A model generated the notes under the pieces. It made no database searches and was not told the origin of the DNA. It saw only the letters and a program-made list of their open reading frames with translations. From a virus, in IMG/VR virus record IMGVR_UViG_3300032224_000723, positions 1-64,000 of that record: 64,000 nt of DNA; one strand, given 5' to 3'. A program made the position numbers and the translations under genes. Below, piece after piece: positions 1 through 9,059 of this stretch; position 1 is the first letter of the stretch, and every line of letters starts with the position of its first letter.

Positions 1-81
1 TCACCGACACAAGATAAATATATTACAACGGGTTGGTTTAGTTATGTAGAGAAACCAACATGAAACTTTCGGAGACAAATT

Positions 82-405
82 TTGCCAACATATAATTTTG
101 TGAATAGTGAGACAGGTGAAGAGTTTGAATCGTTTATGAAAATTTCAGAGCGTGAAGAATATCTAAAAACAAATCCACATATTCAACCAGTGTTAACAGC
201 GCCAGCAATTGTTTCTGGTGTTTCTACTTCAACACAAAATCGGGTACCTGATGGTTTCAAAGATGTGTTATCTAAGGTTGCAGAGGCGCATCCAGCAAGT
301 CCTCATGGCCACCGCTATGGTAAGAAATCTATTAAACAAGCAAGGACTCAAGAGATTGTTAAAAAGCATGTTGATAAAATCACAAAGAGAGTTGGCGCTA
401 CATGA
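82..405 (+). CDS. FmdB-like small regulatory protein (MPTYxF start, no Zn-binding Cys)
   Basis: TTG start after GGAGA; MPTYNF..ETGEEFE N-terminus typical of T4-like phage FmdB-like proteins. Confidence 0.6.
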   Translation: MPTYNFVNSETGEEFESFMKISEREEYLKTNPHIQPVLTAPAIVSGVSTSTQNRVPDGFKDVLSKVAEAHPASPHGHRYGKKSIKQARTQEIVKKHVDKITKRVGAT

Positions 406-1079
406 TTTTTAACCATGTGAAAATTCCAGAATTAGATTTTGATTTAAAAGCAGTAACTACTGAATCTGGAAGAAAATACACAACACCGAATGGTGAGAAG
501 TATTCTTCTATCACCACTGTTCTATCTGCTTACAATAAAAAAGCAATCATGGAATGGCGTAAGAGAGTAGGCGAAGAGCAGGCGAATAAGATATCAAGCC
601 AAGCATCTCGCCGTGGCACTTCAGTGCATGATGTTTGTGAAAAGTTTTTGCTCAATGAATTGAGTGATATGAAAATACAAATGATGATGCCGAATGTGAA
701 GGAGATGTTTCTTCAACTGAAACCTGAATTGATGAAGAACATTGGCAACATCTATTGTTTAGAGCAAGCATTGTATTCTCATAAATTGAAAGTTGCTGGT
801 CGTGTAGATTGTATTGCTGAATGGAAAGGAAAACTTTCTGTCATCGATTTTAAAACATCAAGCAGGTTGAAAGACAAAGACCATATCAAAAATTATTTTA
901 TGCAATGTAGTGCTTATGCAATTATGTTCGAAGAGATTACTGGTTTACCAATCGAACAAATCGTGGTAGCTATTGCAGTGAATGATGAAACATTGCCGCA
1001 GATATTTGAAGAGACAAAACATAAATACATTGATGACCTTCTTTACTATGTGAAGAAACATCAAGATATTGCTGTATGA
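402..1079 (+). CDS. PD-(D/E)XK exonuclease (phage exonuclease type)
   Basis: SITTVLS, RGTSVH, AGRVDCI, IDFKTS and YFMQCSAYA motifs. Confidence 0.85.
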   Translation: MIFNHVKIPELDFDLKAVTTESGRKYTTPNGEKYSSITTVLSAYNKKAIMEWRKRVGEEQANKISSQASRRGTSVHDVCEKFLLNELSDMKIQMMMPNVKEMFLQLKPELMKNIGNIYCLEQALYSHKLKVAGRVDCIAEWKGKLSVIDFKTSSRLKDKDHIKNYFMQCSAYAIMFEEITGLPIEQIVVAIAVNDETLPQIFEETKHKYIDDLLYYVKKHQDIAV

Positions 1080-1325
1080 AGTAAAGAGAAAAGTGTTCTG
1101 GACGGGGGTGCGAATCCCCCCACCTCCACCAATTATCCATTCAAAGATAAAAGTGGATAATTGATGGGGGTGCATAGTTTCGACAGGGCAACAAGTAACA
1201 GAGTGGACAGCACGGTAGGCGATGACCGTTAATCAAGCAAAAAAAGTAAACGCAAACGACTCACAGTTCGCATTGGCAGCGTAAAGCAGCCTAGGGTAGG
1301 AAATACCTCGTAACAGAAACCACCA
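1071..1325 (+). ncRNA. ssrA: Circularly permuted two-piece tmRNA, tag (A)ANDSQFALAA
   Basis: T-arm plus CACCTCC-ACCA (1101-1131) precedes GGGGGTG..TTTCGAC (1166-1184); G3.U70 pair; intervening hairpin about 1130-1163; tag ORF 1252-1284; outer ends approximate. Confidence 0.93.
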
Positions 1326-1350
1326 AATAGGCTCTTCGGAGCCTATTTTT
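1325..1350 (+). terminator. Intrinsic terminator after tmRNA
   Basis: AAATAGGCTC-TTCG-GAGCCTATTTTT. Confidence 0.9.
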
Positions 1351-1365
1351 ACGATAAATATTTCG

Positions 1366-1473
1366 ATGATAGTTTATATACATGGCGCCAGCGCCACAGC
1401 AGAGGAGTCACTATTGGGTAACTCAAAATATCACACAGCAGTTATCTTGTGTTGGGCCGATACACAATTATAA
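1366..1473 (+). pseudogene. Truncated remnant of the alpha/beta hydrolase gene (first 13 codons duplicated)
   Basis: MIVYIHGASATAE identical to the ORF at 2702 (37/38 nt), then diverges and stops after 35 aa. Confidence 0.7.
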
Positions 1474-1482
1474 ATATACATT

Positions 1483-2589
1483 ATGGCAAATAGATATTGG
1501 GTTGGTGGAACAGGAACATGGGACAAAACAACCACAACAAATTGGAGTGCAACATCAGGTGGCGCTGGTGGTGCAAGTGCTCCTACATCTACTGATGCTG
1601 TATTTTTTGATGCAAATTCGGGTAGTGGAACAGTATCAAATACCGACTATGTACAATGTCTTTCTTTAACGTGTACTGGTTTTACTGGTACTATAGATTG
1701 CGCTGGTTTTTCTATAAGTTTATATGGTAATGCAACATTATCATCAGGCGGTACTTATACTGCTTTAAGTTTAAGTATAAACAATGTTTGCACTTTAAAA
1801 TCTGTTGGAAAGCATATTGCATATTTATCTGTAGGTAATTTTACTGGAAATGCAAATCTTACCTTGGGTGATGATTTATATTGTGGTGTGGCAGGAGATG
1901 GTGGAACTATTGGTTTTTTCGATGGCACATTTAATGCCAATAATAAAAATGTTTCTTGTAGTGGTTTTTATTCACTTGATATTGGGTTTACTCGTACCTT
2001 AAACATGGGTACAGGAACATGGACGCTGTTTGGTGGCACAGGTGATTCGGGATGGATGAGTGCTGGTTTTGATGATGTCTTTAACATGACCATCAACTGT
2101 GACACATCAACCATAAACTTTACACCTCCTGCTAGTTCTTCAGTTCAGTTTAGTTCACATAATAAAACTTATTACAATTTAAATATGGGTGGCGCTGGAA
2201 GCACATTGGAGTTTCAAACTTATATTACCAATATTTTTAATACTATTTCAACAAGCGCACAACCATGTACATTAACATTTTGCGAAGGAAGAACATATAC
2301 AGTAACAAATTTTAATGTGTCAGGAACTGCTGGAAACTTGGTCACTTTACAAAGTATTACTGCGGGTACACGATTTTCATTATCCAAAGCATCAGGAACT
2401 GTAAGTGTGGATTATTTAAGCATAAAAGATTCAAACGCCACAGGTGGTGCTAACTGGTACGCAGGCACACACTCAACCAATGTGTTAAACAATTTAGGGT
2501 GGACGTTTACAGCACCACCTGCACCCGGGGGGAAGACAGTGACAATTGGTGGCGGAATCACCATTGGTGGCGGCATTACATTCAATTAA
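1483..2589 (+). CDS. Gly/Thr/Ser-rich beta-helical virion fibre/adhesin-like protein
   Basis: MANRYWVGGTGTW..NWSATSGGAGGAS start; beta-rich composition; TATAAATA at 1469-1476. Confidence 0.65.
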   Translation: MANRYWVGGTGTWDKTTTTNWSATSGGAGGASAPTSTDAVFFDANSGSGTVSNTDYVQCLSLTCTGFTGTIDCAGFSISLYGNATLSSGGTYTALSLSINNVCTLKSVGKHIAYLSVGNFTGNANLTLGDDLYCGVAGDGGTIGFFDGTFNANNKNVSCSGFYSLDIGFTRTLNMGTGTWTLFGGTGDSGWMSAGFDDVFNMTINCDTSTINFTPPASSSVQFSSHNKTYYNLNMGGAGSTLEFQTYITNIFNTISTSAQPCTLTFCEGRTYTVTNFNVSGTAGNLVTLQSITAGTRFSLSKASGTVSVDYLSIKDSNATGGANWYAGTHSTNVLNNLGWTFTAPPAPGGKTVTIGGGITIGGGITFN

Positions 2590-2618
2590 AACCATAAATA
2601 TTCCTAAGGGAGCCTGAC

Positions 2619-2690
2619 ATGTCAGAACAACAAAAACCAGAAAAGAAAGACGAACTAGATTCTTTAAAACGGAAGATGCCCCGCATTTAG
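2619..2690 (+). CDS. 23-aa microprotein MSEQQKPEKKDELDSLKRKMPRI
   Basis: TAAATA promoter and AAGGGAG SD directly upstream. Confidence 0.4.
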   Translation: MSEQQKPEKKDELDSLKRKMPRI

Positions 2691-2701
2691 TAAGTATTAG
2701 A

Positions 2702-3298
2702 ATGATAGTTTATATACATGGTGCCAGCGCCACAGCAGAAAGTTTCACACACATCAGACAGTTTGTAAGGGATCATACTGAAGAACCCGACATAGCTCTG
2801 GAGTACAACAGTGAGGATGGGTTTGACAACAACCTAGCAAAGATGAAAGGTCAATTGGATGATGCTGATCGACTGTTCTTTGTTAGCCACAGCCTAGGTG
2901 GTATCTATGCACTGCATCTTGCCAACTACTACGAAGAAACCACAGTGGGAGGTGTTAGTCTCAGTACACCCTATGGCGGAAGTCGCCAAGCAGACTTTGC
3001 ACGTTACTTCCTACCATTCAATCGTTTAATGAAAGATATTGGCCCAATGAGTCGGCCCATGGCAGAAGCTAAAAAACTTCCAGCACCAATTAATTGGACG
3101 CAGATTGTTACAACACGTGGCGCCAGTCCTTGGATCAATGAATCCAATGATGGTGTTGTGACACTGGAGAGCCAGCGAGCTAGACAGGATTTTGAATTAG
3201 TAGAATTGCCCTTGAACCACTATGAAGTTGTAATCAGCAATGCAGTAGTTGAAATCGTACTAGATAGGATTCAACGTGTAATTGGACATCATAGTTAG
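2702..3298 (+). CDS. Alpha/beta hydrolase (esterase/lipase-like)
   Basis: YIHG oxyanion motif, SHSLGG nucleophile elbow, NDGVV Asp, NHYE His. Confidence 0.88.
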   Translation: MIVYIHGASATAESFTHIRQFVRDHTEEPDIALEYNSEDGFDNNLAKMKGQLDDADRLFFVSHSLGGIYALHLANYYEETTVGGVSLSTPYGGSRQADFARYFLPFNRLMKDIGPMSRPMAEAKKLPAPINWTQIVTTRGASPWINESNDGVVTLESQRARQDFELVELPLNHYEVVISNAVVEIVLDRIQRVIGHHS

Positions 3299-3393
3299 TA
3301 GTTACACTAACTCCTTTCAATGAATTTCACTATGTTTTTTTAAGGTTTTTAGTGTATAATAGGCATACATACTTTACACACAAGGAGAAAATT

Positions 3394-3465
3394 ATGTGGA
3401 CAACACCAACAGCCGCTGATATGCGTTTCGGATTTGAAATTACTATGTACATTGCAAATCGTTGA
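3394..3465 (+). CDS. pqqA: Coenzyme PQQ precursor peptide MWTTPTAADMRFGFEITMYIANR
   Basis: W-x-x-P...RFGFE-I-T-M-Y (E-x3-Y) PqqA signature; SD AAGGAG 3382-3387; TATAAT 3355-3360; own terminator. Confidence 0.95.
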   Translation: MWTTPTAADMRFGFEITMYIANR

Positions 3466-3486
3466 TCAGTTAGCACCAAAAAAGTG

Positions 3487-3511
3487 AAGCCTCGTAAGGG
3501 GCTTTATTTTT
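3487..3511 (+). terminator. Intrinsic terminator after pqqA
   Basis: AAGCCTC-GTAA-GGGGCTT followed by T-rich tract. Confidence 0.75.
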
Positions 3512-3566
3512 GGATAATTTATTAAATGATTGTAAATATGTATAAATACCAATATAGGAAAAATAT

Positions 3567-4193
3567 ATGGCATACAAAGTTACTGAAACAATAATTACTC
3601 CAAAAGATTCAATGGTTGAGTTTGACGCTTGGTTTGATCCCTTGCCATTGGGGTATTTTTCAAACAACCCTGATACACTTGGGAAAAACAAATTTGAAGT
3701 ATTAGAAATGATGCTAATTGGAAAGCATAAACGGGTCATTGATGGCACATTTGAAGTTGAAGTTCCACAACCATTAACAGATGAGCGAATTGATACCATT
3801 ATTGGACCTGATATTCATAATATTCATACTACCACTTGGTCAAGTAAAAGAGATTATCAATTAAATAGGGTGCTTAAAGACAAACTGTTCGATAGTCAGG
3901 AACATGTGGACTTTATTAAAAATAATTTGGATGCGTACTGTCAAGCAGATCTTGAATTTGAATTAACATATCCCAGTTATTGGTTTCAAACAGATCAAAC
4001 CGGAAAAATTATTGCCCCTAATGAAATGTTGTCAATAATACAAAAGCATTTAGGTGGTAATGCATTTAATGGTAATATTGACGTTTGGTTATTAGACGTG
4101 TGGCCAGAAGGTGATAATACTCTCCGAAAAATCAATTGTGATATTTTTGAAGCAAGTAATTCTAGAAAATCTATAACTTTTGAAGAAATTTGA
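3567..4193 (+). CDS. Hypothetical protein
   Basis: 208-aa ORF with TATAAATA (3541) and AGGA SD. Confidence 0.7.
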   Translation: MAYKVTETIITPKDSMVEFDAWFDPLPLGYFSNNPDTLGKNKFEVLEMMLIGKHKRVIDGTFEVEVPQPLTDERIDTIIGPDIHNIHTTTWSSKRDYQLNRVLKDKLFDSQEHVDFIKNNLDAYCQADLEFELTYPSYWFQTDQTGKIIAPNEMLSIIQKHLGGNAFNGNIDVWLLDVWPEGDNTLRKINCDIFEASNSRKSITFEEI

Positions 4194-4218
4194 CAAATAA
4201 TCAAATTGACTGTATAAT
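4190..4218 (+). promoter_or_regulatory. Sigma70 consensus promoter for ligase
   Basis: TTGACA-17-TATAAT. Confidence 0.85.
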
Positions 4219-4250
4219 AGCACTATTGCAACAAACAATGGTGCTTTTTT

Positions 4251-5561
4251 ATGACAGATCCATGCTATCAAGTTATCGCAGATTTGGAAAATCATCCAAG
4301 TCGTCTTAACAAAGAAGATATTATTTTGGCGCAGGCCCAACGAGGGAATAACGAATTCTTTGAGGGGTGTAGGTTAGCATTGGATTCAATGATAACTTTT
4401 GGACTTAAACAAATACCGGAGAAAACAGATGAAGATGGCCCTGGCTTACCTTGGGATAGTTTTACTCTCGCTCTTACTGGCTTTGTTACACGTAACGTCA
4501 CCGGTAATACAGCAAGGGATATGATTCAAACGATGATGAAATCCGCCACTAAAGCAGAGTGGAACGGATGGTATCGTCGTATCCTTATCAAAGACCTACG
4601 TTGTGGTGTCAGCGAAAAAACTGTTAACAAAGTAGTGGAGAAAAAATATGCTGGATATGCTATTCCTGTTTTCAGTTGTCAGTTGGCTCACGATAGCGCG
4701 AATCACGAATCAAAAGTTGCAGGGCAGAAACTTATCGAAGTTAAGTTGGACGGCGTTAGGGTTATCACTATTGTATATCCTGACGGCAGGGTTAATATGT
4801 TTAGTCGTAATGGCAAAGAGCTTGTTAACTTTCCTCACATAGCCAAGCAAGTTGCAGCCGCATTTACTGACGGCGAGGAAGCAATGGTCTTGGACGGCGA
4901 GATCATGAGCAGTAGTTTTCAAGACTTGATGAAGCAGGTTCATCGTAAAAGCGATGTCAAGGCCGACGATGCTGTGCTTAACTTGTTTGATATCTTGCCT
5001 CTAAGCGATTTTGAAAAAGGCAGTTGGTCGCGCAGTCAACACCATCGCACACAGATGGTAACCAATTGGGTCACTAAACGTCAACATCTTATGCCCAACG
5101 TTGCAGTAGTGGGACAAGAGCTCGTTGACTTGGACACCCCTGCAGGTCAACAGCGTTATAAAGAAATCAATGCACAGGCTATCGCAGGAGGATATGAAGG
5201 CATCATGCTCAAAGATCCCAATGCAGGTTATGAGTGCAAGCGTAGTGTAGCATGGCTTAAACTCAAGCCATTTATTGAAGTTAGTCTTACTGTAGTGGCC
5301 ACGGAAGAAGGCACTGGTAAGAATGTAGGTAAAATGGGCGCATTAGTCTGTGAAGGAGTAGATGATGGGAAAGCTATTCGTGTTAATGTTGGCAGCGGCT
5401 TTACTGACGAACAGCGTGACGAATTTTGGTCATGCCGAGTCGATGGACAGATCGTCGAAGTTAGAGCGGATGCTGTAACACAGAATCAAGACGGTACTTA
5501 TAGTTTGCGCTTTCCTCGTTTTAAAAGATTTAGAGGATTTGAACAAGGAGAAAAACTATGA
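4251..5561 (+). CDS. lig: ATP-dependent DNA ligase
   Basis: EVKLDGVR (motif I), LDGEI, FDIL, EGIMLK, WLKLK, VGSGFTD, SLRFPRF. Confidence 0.97.
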   Translation: MTDPCYQVIADLENHPSRLNKEDIILAQAQRGNNEFFEGCRLALDSMITFGLKQIPEKTDEDGPGLPWDSFTLALTGFVTRNVTGNTARDMIQTMMKSATKAEWNGWYRRILIKDLRCGVSEKTVNKVVEKKYAGYAIPVFSCQLAHDSANHESKVAGQKLIEVKLDGVRVITIVYPDGRVNMFSRNGKELVNFPHIAKQVAAAFTDGEEAMVLDGEIMSSSFQDLMKQVHRKSDVKADDAVLNLFDILPLSDFEKGSWSRSQHHRTQMVTNWVTKRQHLMPNVAVVGQELVDLDTPAGQQRYKEINAQAIAGGYEGIMLKDPNAGYECKRSVAWLKLKPFIEVSLTVVATEEGTGKNVGKMGALVCEGVDDGKAIRVNVGSGFTDEQRDEFWSCRVDGQIVEVRADAVTQNQDGTYSLRFPRFKRFRGFEQGEKL

Positions 5562-5848
5562 TGCCTACAGATTGGAATGAATTTACCGCAGATCAACGTA
5601 ACCACTGGCTACGACAAAATCTCAAACAAGACTTGGAAATTACATTTACCAAAATTGATGGTACAGAACGTGTGATGCCCTGTACACTACGTGATGGTGC
5701 AATGCCCGCAAAAGCAGTGACCGAAAATCATAAAACTCGTGCGTACAATCCCGAAACCCTAAGTGTGTGGTGTTTGGATAAAAGTGAATGGCGTAGTTTT
5801 CGTGTAATGAATGTTACCAATATAAAATTGTTGTCAACTGATTCCTAA
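5558..5848 (+). CDS. WYL_2/Sm-like SH3 beta-barrel protein
   Basis: ITFTKIDGTERVMPCTL...VWCLDKSEWRSFR. Confidence 0.8.
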   Translation: MMPTDWNEFTADQRNHWLRQNLKQDLEITFTKIDGTERVMPCTLRDGAMPAKAVTENHKTRAYNPETLSVWCLDKSEWRSFRVMNVTNIKLLSTDS

Positions 5849-5905
5849 GCTAGGACGTTGTATATATGTAGGGTAAGACCTTACATAACCTTAAAGGAAA
5901 TTACA

Positions 5906-6094
5906 ATGAAATCAGTTATCGCAACTCTAATCGCTTTGTCAGTTACCGCAGTTATGGCCGCAGAGCCAGCACCTGCTACAGCACCCACAGCCACTCCTGC
6001 ACCCACAGTCGCAAAGGATGCAAAGAAGCCTCACAAAAGCCATAAAAAAGCCAAGACTACTGTTACTGAAAAAGCCGCACCCGCAGTTAAGTAA
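5906..6094 (+). CDS. Small secreted Ala/Pro/Lys-rich protein
   Basis: SD AAGGAA; signal peptide MKSVIATLIALSVTAVMA. Confidence 0.7.
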   Translation: MKSVIATLIALSVTAVMAAEPAPATAPTATPAPTVAKDAKKPHKSHKKAKTTVTEKAAPAVK

Positions 6095-6308
6095 TAGTTC
6101 TGTAGAAGACGACAGTGATGATGATGACGACTTTGTACAAGACATACATGTTGGGCCACGTAGACCAACTGTAGTCCAAGACCAAGTAGACCAAGACACC
6201 GACGATCTTTCGCCTTATGTCACAATCAGACTAGCAGTAGCCAGAGCTAAAGCAATGGCTCGATACCGAGAAGTTTGGGGTAATACCCCAAACTTTTATT
6301 TTGGTTAA
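6018..6308 (+). CDS. Hypothetical acidic protein (overlaps previous ORF)
   Basis: Asp-rich middle, helical C-terminus; start uncertain. Confidence 0.45.
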   Translation: MQRSLTKAIKKPRLLLLKKPHPQLSNSSVEDDSDDDDDFVQDIHVGPRRPTVVQDQVDQDTDDLSPYVTIRLAVARAKAMARYREVWGNTPNFYFG

Positions 6309-6335
6309 ATATATTATAATCAAAAAGGATTTGAC

Positions 6336-6509
6336 ATGGCCACACAAGTAGAAACAAAAAGCACAGTAAAAGTAATCCCGCCTGCACCGGCAGCGACTGC
6401 GGCAAAATACAAAGCCCCTGCAATCACAGTGGCTCCAACCAAAGCCAAAACCGATAAAACTTTTGCGGCGGCACCAGTTGTAACTAAAGCACGTTTAGAC
6501 CTAAGATAA
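6336..6509 (+). CDS. 57-aa Ala/Lys/Pro/Thr-rich basic protein
   Basis: TAAATA and AAGGA SD; MATQVETKSTVKVIPPAPAATAAKY...; below ORF-track cutoff. Confidence 0.6.
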   Translation: MATQVETKSTVKVIPPAPAATAAKYKAPAITVAPTKAKTDKTFAAAPVVTKARLDLR

Positions 6510-6511
6510 AA

Positions 6512-7240
6512 TTAAGCTGGCGATGATCCGTTGTATCTAGTGGCGTAGTAGTTGTAATTTTGCAAGTGTTCCGCGGCGCTGAGTTCTCTAGTATACAATA
6601 ATGCGGCAGCAATTTTACCTGTGCTTTGATTGGCATTCCCACTATAACTAAAAATTTGCGGAGTTGATGCACTGCTTCTAGCACCCGTTAATGCACTTGT
6701 ACCAACTTGACTACCGTTCATATACAATGTCCAGCCAGTTGAAGTGTTAAAACTCAAACCTACATACATCCATTGGTTGGTTAAAAAAGTAGTAGGGCTA
6801 GAACTAACTTCGAAATAATTTCCGCTATTATTTCCTGCTAGCAAATAAGTACCGCTCGACCCCCACATAGTTTCTTGACCAGTTGATCCTATGATATTAT
6901 TAAAGGTTCCAGAGGAAGTCCATACTACTGCACCTTTACTATAGTTGGTGTTGGCTGGAAATATAGCACTGGCCGCTACTGCACCGTTATTGCCGGGACT
7001 ACTCCAATATGCAGTGCTAGTACCGGTGTTAACTACGGTGCCAAATGTACTACCAGTCGGTACTTGATAGAAAGTAAAATTATTTCCAAGACCACTACTG
7101 TCTGGCCATGTACTACCAGATGCATAGTTTTGCATGTCTAGATTGAACAGCAAATTAGCAGTTACTATGCCGAGTACCGGTGGATTATCAAGTACAACTC
7201 CGCCACTGATTCTAATACCCCCGGTTAATTGAATTGCCAT
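6512..7240 (-). CDS. Concanavalin A-like lectin/LamG domain virion protein
   Basis: LLFNLD..SGSTWPDSSGLGNN; NQWMYVGLSF..WTLYMNG..GKIAAALLYTRELSAAE. Confidence 0.85.
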   Translation of the reverse strand: MAIQLTGGIRISGGVVLDNPPVLGIVTANLLFNLDMQNYASGSTWPDSSGLGNNFTFYQVPTGSTFGTVVNTGTSTAYWSSPGNNGAVAASAIFPANTNYSKGAVVWTSSGTFNNIIGSTGQETMWGSSGTYLLAGNNSGNYFEVSSSPTTFLTNQWMYVGLSFNTSTGWTLYMNGSQVGTSALTGARSSASTPQIFSYSGNANQSTGKIAAALLYTRELSAAEHLQNYNYYATRYNGSSPA

Positions 7241-7381
7241 ATATAAATCCTTAATATCTATATTTATTGGTTAAATTAGTTATAATTTGGTTATCTAAAC
7301 CGTTGCAAATGTCTGGCAAAGAGTGCATAATACATCTAGCTGCTAATAAAAAACGCAGTATTTAACTCAAAGGAAATTAAA

Positions 7382-7648
7382 ATGATGTTTTCAACAAAAA
7401 CAAAAACTCACAAATTGCTGGCCGCACTTCAAGCAGGCGAAGCATTGACACCTAGCCAAATCAGCAAGCGTTTTGGTATTGGTAATCCAAGTGCTGAAGT
7501 TTCACGCATCCGCCAAGCTGGCTACGTTGTTTATGCAAACAAGCGTACAGCAGGTAACGGTGTTGTTGTTACCGAGTACCGCACTGGTAAAGCAAGCCGC
7601 GCATTGATCGCCGCTGGTTACAAAGCAATGAGCATGGGCTTGGTCTAA
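7382..7648 (+). CDS. Small winged-HTH DNA-binding protein
   Basis: LTPSQISKRFGIGNPSAEVSRIRQAGY; promoter TTGCAA-17-CATAAT and SD AAGGA. Confidence 0.7.
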   Translation: MMFSTKTKTHKLLAALQAGEALTPSQISKRFGIGNPSAEVSRIRQAGYVVYANKRTAGNGVVVTEYRTGKASRALIAAGYKAMSMGLV

Positions 7649-7665
7649 TCCATAGCAATGCTATC

Positions 7666-7688
7666 AAAGGCGCTTAGGCGCCTTTTTT
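7666..7688 (+). terminator. Intrinsic terminator
   Basis: AAAGGCGC-TTAG-GCGCCTTTTTT. Confidence 0.9.
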
Positions 7689-7689
7689 G

Positions 7690-7718
7690 TTGACTGTAAA
7701 TACAAGTTGTAGTATAAT
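7690..7718 (+). promoter_or_regulatory. Sigma70 promoter, leaderless (6 nt to ATG)
   Basis: TTGACT-17-TATAAT-accaat-ATG. Confidence 0.8.
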
Positions 7719-7724
7719 ACCAAT

Positions 7725-8546
7725 ATGAGAGTAAACGTAATTTCCGACCTACATTTAGAATTTGCTGACTTGGTTCTTCCGGGTGGCGATGTATTAATTT
7801 TGGGCGGGGATATCTGCGAAGCAAAGAACATTAAAAAAGCCGCATATGATCCCACTACCAACGAAGCCGGCAATCTTAAACGCACGGATCGTTACATTCG
7901 TTTCTTTGAAGAAGAATGTAGCAAGTATCGTGAAGTTATTTACATCATGGGAAATCATGAACACTATGGGTATCGTTTTGATAAAACCTACAATCATCTT
8001 AAAGAAAACATTCCCGCCAGTATCCACTTGTTGGAAAAAGAATCTGTGGAAATTGACGGTGTGGTGTTTGTGGGCGGTACGCTATGGACTGACCTAAACA
8101 ACCGTGATCCTATCACTGCTTATACACTAAAGAGTAGTATGAATGATTATCGAGTGATTACAAATCTTTATCCGGACAAGGGCTTGTATCACAAGTTGAC
8201 ACCTGAGCATACACTGGCTGAACACAATAAAACCAAACAGTTTATCAGTGACACAGTGGTTACGGCAGGTACAAAGCCTGTGGTTGTGGTAACACATCAC
8301 AGTCCCAGTAAATTAAGTATCAAGCCACGTTATCAAGGCGACTATCACATGAACGGTGGTTACAGCAGTGCCATGGAAGACTTTATTTTAGACCGTCCCC
8401 AGATTAAAGTTTGGACACATGGTCATACTCATGATACTTTTGATTACATGGTTGGCGGTTGTCGTGTTATCTGTAATCCACGTGGTTACACTGGCTACGA
8501 AGAACGTGCCGTAGAATTTGATCCCACTATGGGGTTTGACATTTAA
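7725..8546 (+). CDS. Calcineurin-like metallophosphoesterase
   Basis: SDLH, GDI, GNHE, THH, HGHTH motifs. Confidence 0.93.
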   Translation: MRVNVISDLHLEFADLVLPGGDVLILGGDICEAKNIKKAAYDPTTNEAGNLKRTDRYIRFFEEECSKYREVIYIMGNHEHYGYRFDKTYNHLKENIPASIHLLEKESVEIDGVVFVGGTLWTDLNNRDPITAYTLKSSMNDYRVITNLYPDKGLYHKLTPEHTLAEHNKTKQFISDTVVTAGTKPVVVVTHHSPSKLSIKPRYQGDYHMNGGYSSAMEDFILDRPQIKVWTHGHTHDTFDYMVGGCRVICNPRGYTGYEERAVEFDPTMGFDI

Positions 8547-8549
8547 AGT

Positions 8550-8624
8550 CTGGCGTTAGTATAACGGATAATACAGCGGCCTTCTAAGCCGTCAATAGAG
8601 GTTCGATTCCTCTACGCCGGACCA
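8550..8624 (+). tRNA. tRNA-Arg(TCT)
   Basis: Acceptor CTGGCGT/ACGCCGG, anticodon arm GCGGC-CTTCTAA-GCCGT, T arm AGAGG-TTCGATT-CCTCT, encoded CCA. Confidence 0.95.
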
Positions 8625-8642
8625 TTATTTTATATTATATCA

Positions 8643-9059
8643 ATGGCTACTAAAATTAATACTACTTTTCCAGGCTACAGTGCAATACCCACCAGCGTCT
8701 CTGTAACACCAACAACTTCCACTCCCAGTTATACAATCAATCATGGGGGTACCTACCAGATTAATACCACAACCGCTAGTCCATGGGTGACATCTGCTGG
8801 TGGTACTGGCACAAATCCAATGATCCTCGATCAAGGCGGAACTATTCATCTCAAAGGTAAAAATGCCGACATTGATATTAACGGTGTCAGTCTCACAAAG
8901 ACATTGGCTAAAATTGAAGAACGCCTGGCTATTCTAAAACCCAATGCCGCATTAGAAAAAGATTGGGAAGAACTCAAAGTACTGGGCGATGCTTACCGTA
9001 AGCTAGAAGCAGAGATTACGGAAAAAATGAAAACATGGGACATACTCAAAGAAGAATGA
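8643..9059 (+). CDS. Hypothetical protein, Thr-rich N-terminus plus coiled coil
   Basis: 138-aa ORF, ATGA-coupled to next gene. Confidence 0.7.
   Translation: MATKINTTFPGYSAIPTSVSVTPTTSTPSYTINHGGTYQINTTTASPWVTSAGGTGTNPMILDQGGTIHLKGKNADIDINGVSLTKTLAKIEERLAILKPNAALEKDWEELKVLGDAYRKLEAEITEKMKTWDILKEE

Noticed and set aside
402-1079. Cas4 assignment
   Set aside because: No C-terminal Fe-S Cys cluster, and no cas genes or array in the window
945-1175. Minus-strand 76-aa ORF (GGGGGIRTPVQ)
   Set aside because: Antisense shadow of the tmRNA T-arm and acceptor stem
1382-1669. 95-aa plus-strand ORF
   Set aside because: Out-of-frame overlap with the hydrolase remnant and fibre gene; no SD or recognisable motif
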